DNA of 64,000 nt from Selaginella moellendorffii (taxonomy: Eukaryota; Plantae; Lycopodiophyta). Within the stretch, counting starts at the first letter, position 1; every line of letters begins with the position of its first letter. The translations under genes were made by a program, and so were the position numbers. Below the pieces are notes generated by a model. That model was not told where the DNA came from, did not search any database, and saw only the letters and a list, made by a program, of their open reading frames with translations. Location of the stretch: positions 766,752-830,751 of the forward strand of contig NW_003314347.1 in NCBI RefSeq assembly GCF_000143415.4, written 5' to 3'. Shown here piece after piece: positions 21,616-34,221 of the stretch.

Positions 21616-23305
21616 TCAATGCCGCACGGGACAGATTGCGTTTGTTGAGGTCGAATTGCACTGCTGCAATCGCGGGAAGTAGAATACTTTGAGGTTTTCC
21701 TCTTCGAAGCCGTGTTTGAGATTTACGATGCTTCCAATTCTCGACACAATCGTGAGGACGACGCCAAACAAAATGCATGCCTGCATTGGTTCATACCACC
21801 ATGTCAAAAGCTTCCGATCTAAAAATGATGAGATTTTTACCCAGTTTAAAAGCCACTCAAGACCAAGGACTCTTGGCTTCTTGATGCTTAGCCACATTAT
21901 ACACGGCGACTGCTGGGAACACGTCAGAGAGAAGAAAGGGAAGTTTTGAGTCACTGATCCGTACGACATACGTTGTTGGTCCAAGAGCGAGCCCACCGAA
22001 TAATCCCAGATGCCCTCCAAACGAAGGTATGATCACCGCAACCAACACGTAAATCCTGGCAGCTCAAGCTTGTGGAAATTCACCAAGAAGAACAACGCTC
22101 CCTTTCTTTTGGCAGTTTCTTTTGCTCCAGCCAGCAAGTGAGAGCATCATAAATCGGCAAAGCAAAAACCTGGGATGGAGCACGTAAGAACGAGGAACCA
22201 ATGGAAGATTAGCTTACCTGGTAACTCCCTGTGAGATGCAGCATAAGCATCAAGTTGGCTGTTCCTATCAGCCACTTTGGTTTGTCTAGGACGTCCAGAA
22301 CGTTTTCGTAGCAAGTCAAGTTGCCGAGAGCCCAGTAGCCAACTCCAGCGACTGGGAAATAGCAAACGGCAACCATGACATAGGCCACCAAAACTCCATT
22401 CCACATTGGTAGCTTGGACGGCTTGTGCCTCGTCGATCTCATCGTCGCTTGGATCTCGAGAGCAACGTTGTGGCCTCCGTAGGCAAACGCAATCTCTCCG
22501 AGTGCATTAGAGGCTCTGTAGTATCTCCAGTTGCAGTAGCCATACGATACTTGCGAACTCTTAAGCCGTATAGCTATTGCCCAAATTATAGTCGAGTAGC
22601 TGAATGAAAAGCGAGTTAGATTTTCATACAAAAAGGAAAAAGATACCTGAAAGACATGATGGCGGCCACCAGAGAGACGATTGTCATGGACGACAAACTG
22701 GCAAACAACGACAGTACCGCCTGAACTCCAGCAAACGCGGATATCCATGCCACAGCAAGCTCAAACTTCCCGTACTGAATCTCGCGACTCAGAACAAGAT
22801 CCCCGAACCTCTTGAGCGCCTGGCCGCCAGTTACCAAGTAAGCAATGTTGGCAGCCACCTGGACTACGATCTGCTGCAAACCAACTATGAACCCAAGCCT
22901 GTCCCCGAATGCTTTTCTTCCGAGATCCCGGTAAGTGTCGTATCTCCCTTACTCATCCTCGTGCATCTCGATCAATTGGTACATGGTAGCCAGTGTGATT
23001 ATCCACGAAACGCCCAGCATCATCATTCCAGGAGCCCTGTGGACACACAAATTTAGTCTCTCCATGACATACAATGGAATACCATCCTAGGTAGACCATT
23101 GTCGACGGAAGGCTCAAAACTCCGGCTCCTACCATAGCCGTCGCGATGTGAACGGTTGAGTACCACCACTGTGTTCCGGTCGCAGTATACGCCGTTGACA
23201 ATTCCGAAAGACGGAGTAGCTTGCAGCGTTACTCATGCGATCTTCGCGCTCATGAGATTCTGTACCACCCACCTGTTGATCACGGGCTGATAGAGAGGCC
23301 CTCAT
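21616..23305 (-). pseudogene. Divergent LHT-like transporter, pseudogenised tandem copy A
   Basis: Near-identical to 26026-27770 but has a 7-nt deletion in the NAKWWYS motif (~23170, frameshift), a 1-nt deletion, and loss of an exon end plus donor near 22105-22125. Confidence 0.8.
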
Positions 23306-24259
23306 TTGCTGGAAGAGCAGCTTCGATGGCAGAGTTCCTAATACACAGTTTGATCTCGTCAAGACAATGAACTTCTTTGGAAAAGACTATATTACTGAGC
23401 TCGTGGAAGGTTTGATTATTATTAGTATTTTTAAATGATATTAATTTTAGTTGAATACTTAAGCACCTAAACAGTCATATTATATTTTTGAATAGAAACT
23501 AGCTGGTTGATTACATTAAACGATCAGTGATAAAGTAATCTGCAATAACTAAATAAAAGATTGCTTTAGACAACATAATAATAATAATTATCTGTACATT
23601 TATGATTACTAAATAGCTAAGTATATAAAAAAAGTAGAGCTTTCCCTGCATATCAAGCGAAGTAATTGAATAAAAAATTTCTTGTTTTATAAGTAAATTT
23701 ATGTTGTCTTTCTAATTTATTATAATAATAATCTACCATATAAGGTCTATAATTACGATGTCATATATTATTATTATCATATTGGGATTTTAGTAATTAT
23801 TGAATTGGTTCTTAAAATACAATAGTGTTGTTCTCGTGTTTAGATTCACTATTTAACATCATTCCATATTTAATAAGCTTTTGTGATTGTCCTGAACTCT
23901 TCAATTAATATTTTTATAGTATATAATCAATAATATGATTGAAACTTTATTTTTCAGCAATTTTAAAATTTTATTTATTTTTTAATATTAATTACTTTAC
24001 AAAAAACTTTTTAAAATTATTCATTTACATAAATTAAAATAATTTATTTATATTATATAATAAAAATAAAAATAAATAAATTGAAAATAAAGTAAGAAAT
24101 AAAAATAAATAAATTTTGAGAAACATGTGGTTATAGTCTAGAATTAAGCCATATTGTAATATTGTATTTTAATGAATACACTTCTTAAATTCTAAATTTG
24201 AAGTTAAACATTTAAAACATAGACTACCAAATTATTTATATATTTAGCTAGTTCTTACA

Positions 24260-25687
24260 CTAATTTCGTGCAAATGGCTTGAGAAACGGAGTGTTGAGTG
24301 TGGAGTCCTCACTCAGCTCAAAAGTCTTGTATCTCGCAAACAACTGCACCAGGTAGAACCTGGCGATTGTCTCCACGAAATTCTTCCCAGCACACTGCTT
24401 GTCATCCGCGGTGGGTGACTTCGTATTCCTTCCATTGGACCAAAACACATTCGCCTGGAGCTCCTCCTTCCCCACAAACCTGTCCGGGATCAACTGATCC
24501 GGCTCCTCAAACACCTTTGGATCTCGGCAAACCAGTGCCTGCGACCCACCCAAGAGCTGTCCCTTCTTGATCACAAACTTCGCATCGTGTGACTCCACCA
24601 CCATATCCTCCCGGGGGCGTCCGTACTGGTAGAGCACGGGCGGATCAAACCGGAAGACCTCCAGCACAGTCGACTTGAGCAGCGGCATTTTCTCCAGTGC
24701 GCCGTAGAACGACCCCGCCGGATCGCCCACGTCGATCGCAGCACGGATCTCATCCCCCAGCCTCTTCTGAAACTCGGCCCCGAGAGTTCCAACACGGTAG
24801 AGAAGATTGGGCAGCACTCTGGCGCTGAATCCAAACCAGCTGTTCATCCCGACGAGGAAGAGCAGCTGGTGTACGGCCTCCTCTCGCGACAGCCCAAACT
24901 CCTTCTCGCCCATGTCCAGCATCTCGGCGGCGAGCTGGAAGAACTCGCAGAGCTTGTCGTAGTCGGCCTTGACGAGCAAGAATGGCAGTGGCGCGGTACG
25001 TATGACGACATCCTCGGCGAATCCGGGCAGTGGAGTGCTATTGCCAGGCGCTACCGGCGCGAACTGGATCCCGATCCAACGGAGGAGGTGAGTCGGGCCC
25101 TGGTCAGCGAGCATAGTAGTCAACGGATCCACGTTGACGATGGACTTGGCCAGGAACTGGAAGGCGAGCTGGTTGAGCAGCGGTGCCATGTCGGCCTTGT
25201 TCTTCCCGGACGACAGCTCCGACTCGGCGGCATCGAACGCGGCGTGGAAGGCCGACTGGAACTCGGGCAGGAACTTGCGGCCGTTTCGCTTGAGCACCTC
25301 GAAGGCGAAGTTCTTGAGCGTTGCGTGCTTGGGATCGGTGGTGTCGAGGTAGGACAGCACCCGGTATCCTCCCGTGAAATCGTCGGATGCCTTGTAGGAG
25401 CCCGTGAACACGTTGGTCTTGTCCACCTTGGAGCTGTCGAGCAGGACCGGGAAGGAGCTCTGGTCCAGGAGGGCGATGCCGCGAGGATCCGGGAAGGCTG
25501 GATTTCCCGGGATGAAGTTAACTTTGAAGACGGTGCTATTGTACCTGGCCACCCTGCTCTTGAAAAACTCCACCTCGCCTTGGAGGTGGAGGAAGTCCAA
25601 GTTGTCCTTTTGAGCACCCACGACTGGCAGGCCGTATGATCCTGGGACTTCCTTCATCGGGAGATTGCTGGAGCCGGACGAAGCCAT
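24260..25687 (-). CDS. CYP74: CYP74-family cytochrome P450 (AOS/HPL/DES/EAS clan, oxylipin biosynthesis)
   Basis: LPMKEVPGSYGLP, YNSTVFKVN, FTGGYRVLSYLD, EVFRFDPPVLYQYG, WSNGRNT..PTADDKQCAGKNFV heme-binding motif with the CYP74 insertion. Intronless, no transit peptide. Confidence 0.96.
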   Translation of the reverse strand: MASSGSSNLPMKEVPGSYGLPVVGAQKDNLDFLHLQGEVEFFKSRVARYNSTVFKVNFIPGNPAFPDPRGIALLDQSSFPVLLDSSKVDKTNVFTGSYKASDDFTGGYRVLSYLDTTDPKHATLKNFAFEVLKRNGRKFLPEFQSAFHAAFDAAESELSSGKNKADMAPLLNQLAFQFLAKSIVNVDPLTTMLADQGPTHLLRWIGIQFAPVAPGNSTPLPGFAEDVVIRTAPLPFLLVKADYDKLCEFFQLAAEMLDMGEKEFGLSREEAVHQLLFLVGMNSWFGFSARVLPNLLYRVGTLGAEFQKRLGDEIRAAIDVGDPAGSFYGALEKMPLLKSTVLEVFRFDPPVLYQYGRPREDMVVESHDAKFVIKKGQLLGGSQALVCRDPKVFEEPDQLIPDRFVGKEELQANVFWSNGRNTKSPTADDKQCAGKNFVETIARFYLVQLFARYKTFELSEDSTLNTPFLKPFARN

Positions 25688-26025
25688 TGTTGCTCGATCG
25701 CTGGAGGGAGTAAGAGAGATGCGAGGAACTTTGAATTGGTGCTAATCTCGAGTCGCTTTAAACCCCGTGGAGACGATAGGTGTTGATATCAATATCGGAT
25801 GCTGTAGATATGTGTCAGCGAGTGATAACACTGACGGACGCTACTTTGTTGCATTTCGCCCACGTTAAGCACGCAAGTTGAAACTGTACTCGTAGCGGAG
25901 ACTCTTCTAAATCCAAACAGTCAGAGGGGCACATGCAAAGTACTTGATGAGAACATTATCGTCAGAAAACTTTTCATTGTAGAGCGCTAGCTGGAGCCTG
26001 GAGCGAACAACCAAGCGACGGGAAT

Positions 26026-27770
26026 TCAATGCCGCACGGGACAGCTTGCGTTTGTTGAGGTCGAGTTGCACTGCTGCAATCGCGGGAAGTAGAATACTTT
26101 GAGATTTTGCTCTTCGAAGCCGTGCTTGAGATTTACGATGCTTCCAATTGCCGACACAATCGTGAGGACGACGCCAAACAAAATGCATGCCTGCATTGGT
26201 TCGCACCACCATGTCAAAAGCTTAAAATGATGAGATTTTTACCCAGTTTAAAAGCCACTCAAGACCAAGGACTCTTGGCTTCTTGATGCTTAGCCACATT
26301 ATACACGGCAACTGCTGGAAACACGTCAGAGAGAAGAAAGGGAAGTTTTGAGTCACTGAAATACGTACGAAATACGTTGTTGGTCCAAGAGCGAGCCCAC
26401 CGAATAATCCCAGAAGCCCGGCAAACGAAGGTATGATCACCGCAACCAAACACGTAAATCCTGGCAACTCAAGCTTGTGAAAATTCACCAAGAAGAATAA
26501 TGCCCCCTTACCTACGTAAAGAGGCCTAATCCAAGCATTGATTGGCAGTTTCTTTTGCTCCAGCCAGCAAGTGAGAGCATCATAAATCGGTAAAGCAAAA
26601 ACCTGGGATGGAGCACGTAAGAACGAGGAACCAATGGAAGATTAGCTTACCTGGTAACTCCCTGTGAGATGCAGCATAAGCATCAAGTTGGCTGTTCCTA
26701 TCAGCCACTTTGGTTTGTCGAGGACGTCCAGAACGTTTTCGTAGCAAGTCAAGTTGCCGAGAGCCCAGTAGCCAACTCCAGCGACTGGGAAATAGCAAAC
26801 GGCAACCATGACATAGGCCACCAAAACTCCATTCCACATTGGTAGCTTGGACGGCTTGTGCCTCGTCGATCTCATCGTCGCTTGGATCTCGAGAGCAACG
26901 TTGTGGCCTCCGTAGGCAAACGCAATCTCTCCGAGTGCATTAAAGGCTCTGTAGTATGTCAAGTTGCAGTAGCCATACGATGCTTGCGAACTCTTAAGCC
27001 GGATAGCTGTTGCCCAAACTATAGTCGAGTAGCTGAGTGAAATGTGAATTACATTCTCATACAACAAGACAAAGAAATAACAGGATTTTACCTGAAAGAC
27101 ATGATGGAGGCCATCAGAGAGACGATTGTCATGGACGAGAAACTGGCAAACAACGACAGCACCGCCTGAACTCCAGCAAACGCGGATATCCATGCCACAG
27201 CAAGCTCAAACTTCCCGTACTGAATCTCGCGATTCAGAACAAGATCCCCGAACCTCTTGAGCGCCTGGCCGCCAGTTACCAAGTAAGCAATGTTGGCGGT
27301 CACCTGAACTACGATCTGCTGCGAGCCAACTATGAGATTCCCAAGCCTGTCCCCGAATGCTTTCCGGCCGAGACACTGGTAAGTGTCGTGTCTCCCTGAC
27401 TCGTCCTCGTGCATCTCAATCATTTGGTACATGGTAGCCAGTGTGATTATCCACGAAACGCCCAGCATCATCATTCCAGGAGCCCTGTGGACACACAAAG
27501 TTAGTCGCTCCATGTCCATGAATTTTCCCGAAAAATTTACCATCCCAGGTAGACCATTGTGGACGGAAGGCTCAGAACTCCAGCTCCTACCATAGCCGTC
27601 ACGATGTGAACGGTTGAGTACCACCACTTAGCATTGTGTTCCGGTCGCAGTATACGCCGTAGACAATTCCAAAAGACGAAGTAGCTTGCAGCGTTACTCA
27701 TGCGATCTTCGCGCTCCTGAGATTCTGTACCCCCCACCTGTTGATCACGGCCTGAAAGAGAGATCCTCAT
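26026..27770 (-). CDS. Divergent LHT-like amino-acid transporter, apparently intact copy B, multi-exon
   Basis: [70 protein letters not shown]. The exons checked splice in frame. Confidence 0.85.
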
Positions 27771-28054
27771 TTGCTGGAAGAGCAATGCCGCAGCTAGTTC
27801 GCCCCCCCATTCAGTCTAATCCACGGTTTAGTCTCGTCAATACAATTAACAACATTTGATCTGACCGAGTCAAAGCCGACGGCACGCGAGTCGTCAAACA
27901 GCTTAGAGATCTAAAATCTCAAGAAACATATTAATTGAGAAAGAAGTATATACACCTCTGCTTATCTTTCATGTTTCCAGCAAACACCAGTGCTTCTACC
28001 CGAGAAAGAGAGCAAAAAGTTCCTACAAAAAAACCATAACATCGCTCACGGGCG

Positions 28055-31000
28055 TCATCGACTTTTAGAATCGCTGCCTTTGCTACGAAAATTTGAAAGC
28101 GAGAAAAAAGACCGCGATCCTGCTGAAAGCCATTCGTCAGAACAATTAAAACTGTATCCAAAGCAAAACGTACCAGTGTGATCGGGCTCTTTAGAATACG
28201 CTTCGATGCTCCTCCGAATAAATGAGCTCCCGTTGCCGTAGCCGGCACTGGTGTCTCTGGAGACGTCCGAGTCTTCGTCACCCTCAGACGTAGTTGAAGC
28301 CGAGACCCACTCAGCAGTGTTGCTGCTGCCACTGCCACGGCTCTTCCTACCAAACTTTAGCAAGCGCTTGAAGCCTTTGGGACCCTCCTTGCTCCCCTGC
28401 TGTTGTGCTGTGACTACTGGAATGGTCTTTTGCTGCGAGCTTCCCCATTTCTTCCGCTGGACTTTTACTCCATCCAAGTCTGGGGATGTTGCTTGACGGA
28501 GAACTGGTACTCCGATGGCAGGAAGCGGTGCCATTCCTCGATCTTCATACGAAACATAGTTCTCCGTCGCTATATGTTGAATCAATGTCAGCTTTGCTTT
28601 CGAGTCGATGTTGGCTTGCAAATCTGTAACCCCCCACTCCATCGGAACTTCAAGGTCGACGGCGCCGTGAATCTCTGTCCGAAGAGGAGGAGGATCGCTC
28701 GCAGGAACCGTGTCGTCCGGACATGTTGCGTCTACACAGATATCTGTGTCTGCCTTCTGGTCTCCCTCGACACTGCTCGTATCGATGTCCATTTCTTGAG
28801 ACTCCCTCACCGAGCCTGGCACTTCTTCCGGCTTGTCGGGAGCTAACGGTGGAGCACCGAAGTTTGAAGGCTCAGCATGCAAATCCATTGATGGAAGGCT
28901 GATATCGCGACCTTCACTCAAGTCGCCTTCCTCTGGTTTATCCTCCTCTTCTGCATCCGAAGCTGATGCCACCTTCAGCTTCATAACAACTGGACCTGCA
29001 CCCGGTCCAATGCCACGCCCTTTGCGAAGAAACGTCTTGGTTTCCTGGAGAGTAGTGACTTGCTTTGGAGCTGGAATCCGAGAGAGAGCCTGTTGCGCTT
29101 GTAGAAGCTTGAGGGGTGTGAGAATTTGGCTGTCTGCATTCGATGTCGTAAATAGAGTCTTCCGCTTCGGAGGAGTATCTGACTTAAAATCCGATGGCAC
29201 AACCCCGTTGGACTCCAGCGGTAGTACCTTGCTTGCAGATTTCGGGCGAGTAGAATTCACACCGGGTATTTTTGAGTTCTTCGCAGGTGCTACCTTACTT
29301 TGCTGCACAGCTTGAGGAGTTCGCACTGACGGCCGCGTGTTCTCTTTTCTCAACTCTGATAATGAAGGCATCGAACGGCTTAGCGGGTTGTCAGACATTC
29401 CGGATGGCCTACGTTGACTTGATGCTACCGTGCTCCTTGGCAGCTTTGGGGAAGACGTTGAATTACGAGCGCTCGGTCCAGAGACGGGCTTTTGCGGACC
29501 CGGCGAGAGCTTTCTTGCTGCTCTAGGCCTCGGCTCAGGAGGAAGCTGCTGCCTAGTAGCCCGGGGTGTCGACTGTAACGATGACACTGTGGGACTGCTC
29601 CTGCTGGCCGTAGTCGTTCTTCCTCCCTGCAGCATTGCCTGCAAGAAACTGGTTAGAAATCCTCACGTATACGTATGCACGCAAATGATCACCTTTCTAG
29701 AAGAAGTAGACTTCACAACTTGCCGTTCGTTAAATTTCTCCGACGATCGACCTCCTCCAGCTACAAGCTCTGCCTTTCTCTTGTCCAGAATCTCTTGCAT
29801 AGCCTTCAGTCTGGATTCTCTTTCTGCTTTCTTCAAGCCCGACTCTTGCCTGATTTTTGCGTCTCTTCTTTCTCTGTACTGCTCGTAGAGACGGCCATGC
29901 TCGCGCTGATTTCCTTGATTGCTCGGACCTTCTGCTGCTGCAGTCATCTCGGCTTGACGAACAATGGATACCAAATCTTGCTCCGATGAAGCACTCCACG
30001 ACCTGGACACTGCACCTCTGCTGGATTTTTCCGCACGATATTGGAAGCCAAACTGCATATTAGCAGCCGTTGCCTGAGGGGGTGGAGTGCCTTGGACTAG
30101 ATCCTTGGAGCTTCTAGCCGCTGGCAGAGCCGCTTCCTGGAGTTTTAGTTGTTGAAACTTCCACTCCAGATCCTTTTGAGCCGTTACCCAAGACTTCCTT
30201 CGTTCCTCAATCCTTGGGATGCTTGATAAATCTTCCTGGCTCGTCATGGGATGCTGCTCCTGGCTAGCAGCCTGACGATGATCCGCTCCACTAGTGCCTA
30301 TTTCTTTAGTTGCTGAGATGCTTGCCGGTTCACCAAAGTCTTCACCTTCCTCTTCACCAACTGTGCTGCTGTCACCGATGCTACTCCATCGTCTAAGAAC
30401 TGTTTTTCCTGTTTCCACTGAACCTCTGCGTTCCCCTTTTGACGACTGCGATTCCAAAGAATCTCTTTGTTTTCGTTCAAAAAGACTTATAGCATCTTGG
30501 ACGCTCAGCCGTCGATGGTTCTCCTCTTTGTTGTCCTCACTCTCCATCTCCACGACGGAATCACTTTCCTCAGTGTTGCTGTCGTTCATCGTAGCTGGTT
30601 GAGCATGTTTACCAGAACCCGGGCTTGCATAGTTGATATTTCTGATAACAACCATCCCTTGTCGTCGTGAGCCAGAACGAGCAATCTGTACTTTTCTCAT
30701 CGGGGAACACGACCTCCGCTTCGGAGATGAGACTCGTCGTGGAAGTCGCCTTGATGGAGGAGTTTCTTGCTGTGACGGTGACGTGACATTTGGAGGACTA
30801 TCTGGAATTGTTCTAAAACCATGAGATGCAGGAGCAGCCTTTAGCACATCATCGATTGTTTCGAGCGGCTCCGGAAAGGACTCAAACGGAGAGTTACCTT
30901 GTGCAGCCCATGTCCGGCGAGTTTTAATATTCTTATCTTCACCTGAAAAAGGTCATTTAGGCGTTCGTGTTTTGACGAGAGAATCAAACTTACCGGCATC

Positions 31001-32067
31001 TGCTACAATATCAACCTCTAGGTCCGAAAGTTGGCCTTTCTCCTGCATTTTCTTATATACTGTCCTGAACTTTACACATGCTTCCCTGAAAAGAGCATGG
31101 GTGATATATGAGCTTTATTCCAGTGAAGATAAATATTACCGAAATCTAGAAGCTCCAAAATATTGAGAAAAGTCAATTAGATCTGTCATGCACCCCACAT
31201 AAAAACCAGCAGCCGCAGCTCGTGCAAAGGCATTAAGCTGCTCCTTATCAAGCATAATCCGCCTTGCGTCCATTGCAACCAGTAGCTGGTTTCTACAAAT
31301 GAAAACAATCAGAGACAGAAAAACTCAAACAATGGAAGTTCATACTTTGAGCTGTCTCCTGCTGCATCGTCATCGATCAAGTCCTGTAAAAACCACATTC
31401 ATTAAGACACAAGTGATTTTCTAAAAACAACTCTCAAGAAGTACCTGAACTTCAGTTCCAGCTGCTCCTGCAACAAAATATACAAGCTAGGATCAATTTT
31501 TTAGAGAAACAATTGCATACCTGCGCTGTGCTGCTGATCACCCTGCATGATGAGTAAACGTTTAAGTCGCAAATAAAGAGGGATGAGAAATAGACATCGC
31601 GTACCACAGCCAAAATATTGATCGCTTCTTCAAGCTGGCGCCTTTCAGTTTCGACAATACTCACTCGCTCTAGCACATCTGGCGTCGTCACAAACCTCAC
31701 AAATCTGGATGGAAAAAATTCTTAGCCATGACACACACAAGGAAGAAAAGAGAAACAAATTATCTACCTTTCTATGGTGCCTTTTGTGAACCACAACGTT
31801 TGAGCATTGGATGGAACTTGAAGCGTAATGGATGTCTGGCCCAATGCAATTTGCTCCTGTGCCGCTTTCAAGTGGGAGAGAAATGGTTTGAGTGATCCAG
31901 AGGCTAGCTTTTCCGTCTCGCTCCCCGCAGCAACCCAAAGCTCGCACCTATTCATCCAAGAACGTTTTAAGAAAGCACGCTTTCCTCAATCTAGAAAAAA
32001 AAAACTACCTTGTCCGCGCTTCATCCAGCTGAAATGTCGCACAGTCTAGGCGAGCTTCCGACCTCAT
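28055..32067 (-). CDS. COP1-interacting protein 7 (CIP7)-like protein, multi-exon
   Basis: [17 protein letters not shown]|[97 protein letters not shown]-terminal [17 protein letters not shown]. Confidence 0.88.
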
Positions 32068-32530
32068 TGTGTGGATTCTATGCTCGCTACAGCCGCCGCG
32101 ATGAGTATCCGCCAAGGCATGAACTGCATCGCACAAAACAGGCAGTGAGAATAGAATGCCGCAGCGCAATCACAGGTTTCTCGCACAGATCCACTCGCTG
32201 GCGCTCAGAAATCTAACGACAATAGCCCTATCGGAGGAGAAGCATCGAGATCACGAAATGCAGGCTCTAGATCAATCCAGCAAGCTCTTCGAATCGACAC
32301 AGACCTTGAAACAGCCGCTATCGCCGCGACAGCGCCTGTCAGAGAGCTCCGCCTCGCGCGTTTTCAAGCCCTGGATGCCATAGCCAGAGAGAGCTCTGTA
32401 TCATCCCCGCCGTCCTGGGTGGTTAAATCCTACGGTTCACGTTACCCCAAATAATGCCCACCATCTAGGCCGTCCAGTGGGCCAGCATCCAACGGGCGGG
32501 ACAAGCGTGACCAAACACCGTTCAAGCCTG

Positions 32531-32630
32531 CCACGTCGAAACGTGTAAGAAAGTAAAAGATCTACTTGTCCATCGCACGGCGGCGATGGCGACACGTGGA
32601 ATAAAAACCACACCACGTGGAAAGGGCCAT
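32531..32630. promoter_or_regulatory. Cluster of ACGT/G-box elements upstream of the CIP7-like gene
   Basis: CACGTG at 32593 and 32614, CCACGTC at 32531, ACGTG at 32541, plus GGCCCA site-II-like motif at ~32625. Function is not demonstrable from sequence. Confidence 0.35.
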
Positions 32631-32920
32631 TAAAGTAGGCAAAGATTCCTTCGATTTAAAGGCTCACCGATGATGAAACTCCAAATGTGCAATCTCCGGC
32701 TTCCTAAGGTTGGAGGTTGTATCCCTATTAAAATACTTTATTGGTGGCATAGCATGCACGTCTATTAATCTAGAAGGAATGATCCCTGGCCGCGGACGAA
32801 ACGACCCACTCAGAAAATAGCATATGCCAGGTTCTTGTACGGGGTTCTAGTATCTTGCACGGAAGTTCTACCGTACAGGAGAGTTTGAATTTCAATTGAG
32901 AAGAAAGAACATGAGTAAGC

Positions 32921-33255
32921 TTAATCGCCCACTGGCGCCATGCCCTGTTTGAGCCTCTCCCTCTTCATTTTTTTCTTGGACACGGGCTTCTTCTTCCGGC
33001 CGGGGAGCGTCTTCTGTGCATAAATGTAGAGCGCGTAGTTTCCAACCACGAACAGCAGCACCACGCCGACCACCACCAGCAGCACCGTCAGTGTGGGATT
33101 AAATCCGCCCCGCGATCTCGTGTCCTGCGCGATCGGGCAAAGCGCAAGAAGGCATTAAACCCTAACAGAGATCTAGCGATGGATCGATCGATCGGCAGCT
33201 CTAAGCATTGCCTGCGTACCTGGTGGATCGATTCGCCAAACCCGCCCTCCGCCAT
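32921..33255 (-). CDS. S1FA: S1FA-family small DNA-binding protein (2 exons; missed by ORF track)
   Basis: Exons 33255-33220 and 33124-32921 give [79 protein letters not shown]. Confidence 0.93.
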
Positions 33256-34221
33256 GGCTTCTCCTACTTCCACACCCTGTTCCTTTTTTAGCTTGCTAAC
33301 ACGTCACACGAAGGCGTCCCGACCGTCCGATCGTATAAGGGGCAAGGACAGCCGTCCGATCGAGATCTGGCACGGAGAGCCCATCGTGGCTTGGACTAAG
33401 CTCCATGATCAATCCAAAACTATGATCGATATGAAATTAATTACGCAATGTTAAACCTTAATTCTCAGTAAGACTTTGCATTAGATTAGTATTGTTATTA
33501 ATACTAGATTAAGCACAAGAATCTAGAGTGGGGAAAAAGGAACCATATTAAAATACAAATTTCTAGTTGGTGGCTGCTTCAAATTTTTTTGAATGCTAGG
33601 ATGTGATCATCATAACTTCCACCCTCAAAGAGCATATCTCTAAAGCCATCACGAAAATTTCCATGCCACAATAAAAAAGACCATTCTTTTGTCTAGCACA
33701 TCGCTTTCAAAGTGGTTTCGAGGTTCCTCAACCTTGACACCAAAGAGATGGGAGTCAAATTCGAAAGGATGCTCTGGTATATCCCGCCGAGACGTACGGT
33801 CCGTCAAGTATCTGACGGAGATGGCATATTCTATGGACGGAGTCTGTCTGGGTTCGTTAGTTTTGACGGCGCAACAACAGGAATCATTCCTTGACAATGG
33901 AAGCCAGCAAAGAGAACACACCACACACACAAACAACTCACTTCCCACCAAGCTTTTTTAGGTTTGCCACATTCTTGTTGCGCGCGATTCCTCGCGATTC
34001 TAAGTAGGGTTTGGCGGCGCCGGGGGCGCGAGCCTAGCGGAAGCATCGATTTTGATCGATCGATGATCAAGATTTTTGGAATGCTCCAGGTGAGGCCGAT
34101 TCTTCTCGAGAATTCTTGCCGCGGGGAGCGATGCGGCCGAGAGCTCCAATGTAGGTGGATGGGAGCGCCTTGGATGTAGATATTTCGGGGCTGCGCGGTC
34201 TATCTAAGCTCTAGCCAGTGG

